From an uncultured Candidatus Rokubacteria bacterium (GTDB taxonomy: Bacteria; Methylomirabilota; Methylomirabilia; Rokubacteriales; DASRDR01), in assembly GCA_963805625.1 (NCBI GenBank), contig CAWDVE010000016.1, forward strand, positions 535,195 to 599,194: DNA of 64,000 nt, in the 5' to 3' direction. Shown here piece after piece: positions 61,370-64,000 of this stretch. The translations under genes and the position numbers were made by a program. Within the stretch, counting starts at the first letter, position 1, and every line of letters begins with the position of its first letter. A model generated the notes under the pieces. The model was not told where the DNA came from. It searched no databases and saw only the letters and a program-made list of their open reading frames with translations.

Positions 61370-64000
61370 TTACTTACGGCTCTTACTCCGAGTCTTCTTG
61401 AGCAATGTCCGGGCTTTTTCGACCGGCGCCGTATCGAGACCTTCGGTAAGTTGGTCCAGTACGAGACGCAGCGAGGCCACATCCTTGGCGGTCTTATCCT
61501 CGCGCTCGCATAGCGCCGACAGCGCACTCACCTGGAACCAAAGAGACTCCTGAGCGCGCGCTTCGGCGACTGCCTGCAGCGTCGATTCGCGCGCCCGGGC
61601 CGGCTCGTCGAGCGCATCGGAGATCCGGGCATCGAGGAGCAGCAGTGGCGTCAGATACTGCCGTTCGCCGATCGCGTTGGTGCACTGCAACGCTTCCTCG
61701 AGCTCCTTCCGCGCCGCGCTCCAATCACCGGCACGCGCGAGCGCTTCGGCAGCGTAGCCATGCGTTTCGCTACCCCACGCCCGTATGCCAAGCCGTACGG
61801 CCTGTTCGCAGCCCTCGCGTATGAGGCGATAGCCGGCACGCGGGTCCCCCAGGTGGGCTTCCGCCCAGCCGCGGAACCAGAGATGCGGCGCCCTGGCCTC
61901 CAGCGCGTACTCGTCGACCAGCGCTCGCAGCTGTTCGCCCACATCTCTTACGCGTTCGGGCTCGCCCATCAGCACCCCGAAAAGGGCGTCCCACCAGAGC
62001 ACCGCCGCTTGCGGCCCCGGCGCACGCACAGCACGGGCACGCGCGTGCGCCGCGCGCATGCGCGCACGCCCCTGGTCGACGAATCCGAGGTGCAGCAACT
62101 CGATCGCGAGGAAACCGAGGAGGAGGACGCCAAGGTCGGCGGCGAACACCGCAGGTGGCGTTTGATCGAGCCCCTCTAGCGCTGCGACGCCTCTCTCGAG
62201 CCATTCGCGCGCGATTCGCGGCCGGCCGCGAAAATGCTGGGCCAGCCCGTGGATGAAGCCCGCGCAAGCGAGCACCGTGGGATCTCCGGTCGCAAGCGAT
62301 AACGCCTCCGTGCGCTCGGCGAGCGCGTACGCATCGTCCAGTTCTCCCCTGAGGCAAAGCACAAGACCGTACCCGTGGAGGAACGAGCTCCGCAATGGAT
62401 GCTGCGGCACGCGATCGAGCAACGAGTAGGCGCGCTCAAAGGCGCGCTTCGCCTCGATCGAGCCGGCGCCGAGCGCTTGTACAGCTGCCATACCCTGCAG
62501 CGCGGCGAGCGTGATCTCCAGAGTGGCGCGCGCGTCGCTCGCCTCGGTCGGCGGAAGAAGCGCAAGTGCGCGTTCCGTAAGGCTCATCGCTTGCGAGGGG
62601 CTCACATGCATCAGCGCCGACTCGGCGGCTTCGGCGTAGTAGCCCAACGCCGGCATCGGGTCGCGGCCGAGCTCGAAGTGCAACGCCAGCTCGGCCGCGC
62701 TGACATCGCGTCCATCCGCGCGATCGCGCTCCAGCGCAGCCGCGGCTTTGCGATGGAGCTCGACACGAGCGAGTGGGCCGATGCGCCGGTAAAGCACCTC
62801 CCGGTACAGCGCGTGCCGGAAACCATACCCTGCATCGGGTACCCCCGCGCACGGCGCGAGCGGGACTTCGATCAGCCATCGCTGCTGACGCGTAAGCTCA
62901 GCAAAGGATTCGGTTACCGATGCAACATCACGCTCCAGCATCCTCGCGACCGTCCCAGATCGGAACTCGACGCCGCACAGGCTCGCCGCTTCCAGCAGCG
63001 CACGTTCCCCGGGCGTCAGCTGCTGGATATAACGTTCGATGATGCCGGTCAGGCTCTCCGGAACCGCGATTGAATCCAGGCGCACCAGGGCGGACGATTC
63101 ACCTTCGATGCCGGGCTCACCGCGCGCGATGAGATCGCTCACCACGTCCGCCACGAACAGCGGCAGCCCGTCGGTGCGGCCATGCAGCGCGCGTACGAAT
63201 GCTTCCTCGGCCGCGAACGCCGGAATGCGCGCGGCCAGGTATTCGGCCACTTCTCTTTCCGAGAATGCATCGAGCACGATCTCCTCGGATAGCCCATGAA
63301 GGCGAAGCTCGTGGCGCACGGCCCGGAGCGGATGGTTCCCGGCGATGATCTCCGTAAGGCGGAAGCTGGCGAGCCACAGCAGTCGAGAACGGCCGCGGCG
63401 GCGGGCGATGTAGTCCATGAGCTGCACGGTCGCGCTGATCGCTCCAGTGCAAGTCCTCCGTGATGAGCAGCAAAGGACGATTCGCCGTGTAGCGGTCGAG
63501 CAGCTCGCCCATCTCGCGCAGCATGCGCTCCGGGCCGACGCCCGCGAGCTCCTGTCGCAGCGCGTCGCGCTCTTCGGCGGTGCTGAGCCACGGTAGCTGC
63601 AGCAGCCAGGTCGGAGCCACGGCGCGCAGCAGGGTCGGTACTGCGCTGTCGCTGCGGCACAGCTCCGCGATGGCTTCGAGGACAGGAAGATACGGCTCGC
63701 CGGCACCGTACTGCTCCACGCACTGCCCGCGCGCACTGGCGACTTCGCCGAGCCCAGAGACGAAATGCTCGATCAGTGTGGTTTTGCCGATCCCCGGCTC
63801 GCCCGCAACCCAGACAACCGCGCGCCAGCCGCCGCACGCAGTATCCCAGGTGCTGCGAAGCCGCGACAGCGCTTCCGCGCGGCCAATGAAGGACGGTGCC
63901 TGCAACGAGCGGTTTGGCGCAACGGTCGTGCCCGCCGGCGATGAGGCGCGTATCGCGGTAGTGGCGGCAATGAAACGATAGCCTCGCCGCGGCACAGTTT
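61370..64000 (-). CDS. OmpR/CadC-type winged-helix + AAA ATPase + helical-repeat transcriptional regulator (5' end outside window; frameshift near 63436)
   Basis: TVPRRGYRFIA (end of Trans_reg_C), FIGRAEAL, GEPGIGKTT, EDLHWSD and TDGLPLFV. Confidence 0.8.

Overview
High-GC bacterial DNA from a diderm, non-actinobacterial organism; a Rokubacteria/Methylomirabilota-like lineage is my inference from gene content only. Bases 1-44.3 kb are mostly core genome. They hold a Pup-proteasome cluster (arc-dop-prcB-prcA-pafA, minus strand) with no visible pup gene, yebC-ruvCAB-spoIID-csaA-queA-tgt-yajC-secDF-rel, a YejM-like sulfatase, rpmB, recG-rsmD-coaD-aminotransferase, a CoA-transferase pair, ackA-xfp-glgP and hicBA. 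The most striking unannotated signal is at 24.2-25.5 kb: an orphan AbiEi-type regulator gene sits behind a 54-bp dyad operator and is followed by two identical 11-aa ORFs (MAKKKAAKKKK), each with a strong Shine-Dalgarno site. From about 44.3 kb, tRNA 3'-end remnants mark the start of an accessory, partly frameshifted region. It carries two oleate hydratases, outer-membrane-type proteins, a LacI-sensor/PAS histidine kinase with a FixJ-type regulator, a wHTH-AAA regulator, IS fragments and a 284-bp direct repeat. All assignments come from motif recognition by eye; no database search was run.
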